Source of the DNA: Akkermansiaceae bacterium
GTDB lineage: Bacteria > Verrucomicrobiota > Verrucomicrobiia > Verrucomicrobiales > Akkermansiaceae
Reading direction: 5' to 3'
DNA length: 45,702 nucleotides
Assembly (NCBI GenBank): GCA_031430055.1
Contig: JANPAU010000094.1
Coordinates: 1-45,702 of the forward strand
Shown here: in pieces, positions 45,398 to 45,702 of the stretch
Layout: every line of letters begins with the position of its first letter
Numbering within the stretch: the first letter of the stretch is position 1
Notes under the pieces: model-generated
What the model was told of the DNA's origin: nothing
The model's input: only the letters and a program-made list of their open reading frames with translations
The model's database searches: none
Translations under genes and position numbers: made by a program

Positions 45398-45702
45398 AGC
45401 TGATGAAGAATAGAATGCTCACTTTGGACAAGTAATTTGTTGAAATGCGTTACCTGACCCTATTTACGCTATTTTCCGACCTTCAGCGCCATGCAAGCAG
45501 TCTGCCTACCTACCAATCGAGTCGTATCCATGCCAAGCACGGTGTGTTTAGCTTACGCGCTGGGAGATCCCAGCCCGCAGCAGCCCGTTCAACGAGCAAC
45601 GCTGCGAACACAAAACGCATACCATTTTTCTGAGGCTTCGAAGCTCCGTTAAGAGCACGTCAAACGTCGCTCCGGGCTTGTTCAACTAAGGGCATAGACG
45701 AA

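Noticed and set aside
45432-45452. AAATGCGTTA half-match to the putative Zur box
   Set aside because: The left TGCA arm is missing and the site adjoins a transposase remnant
1-45702. tRNA/rRNA genes, an integrase or phage genes bounding the metal island
   Set aside because: None were recognisable by eye; a covariance-model scan would be needed to exclude small RNAs

Overview
The gene content (PEP-CTERM proteins, prepilin/H-X9-DG proteins, a CotH/LTD giant protein) fits a Verrucomicrobia (Luteolibacter-like) chromosome. Housekeeping genes include pyk, a pilT pair, selO/ydiU, a short GGQ release factor, yicC, infC, ABC-F, recR, actP and tesA/ybbA. The most notable region is an approximately 11.5 kb putative metal (zinc)-starvation island at 5333-16814. 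It encodes two His-bearing type IV prepilin-like proteins, four secreted proteins with choice-of-anchor M/TIGR03769-like His motifs (one PEP-CTERM-anchored), a second PEP-CTERM protein, a CxxC/PPR leader-like protein, a COG0523 metallochaperone GTPase and a MerC::COG0523 deletion chimera. Three copies of a shared TGCA-N7-TGC(A/G) box lie at its promoters, and two PilT retraction ATPases sit next to it. No TonB-dependent receptor or ZnuABC is encoded in the island, which suggests a pilin/surface-protein-based metal-scavenging system (inference). Other observations are a probable AUC-start infC, a nested REP/MITE/IS4 element, divergent genes sharing one CATG, and a recurrent C-terminal putative sorting domain. 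All calls come from reading motifs by eye; no database searches were run.
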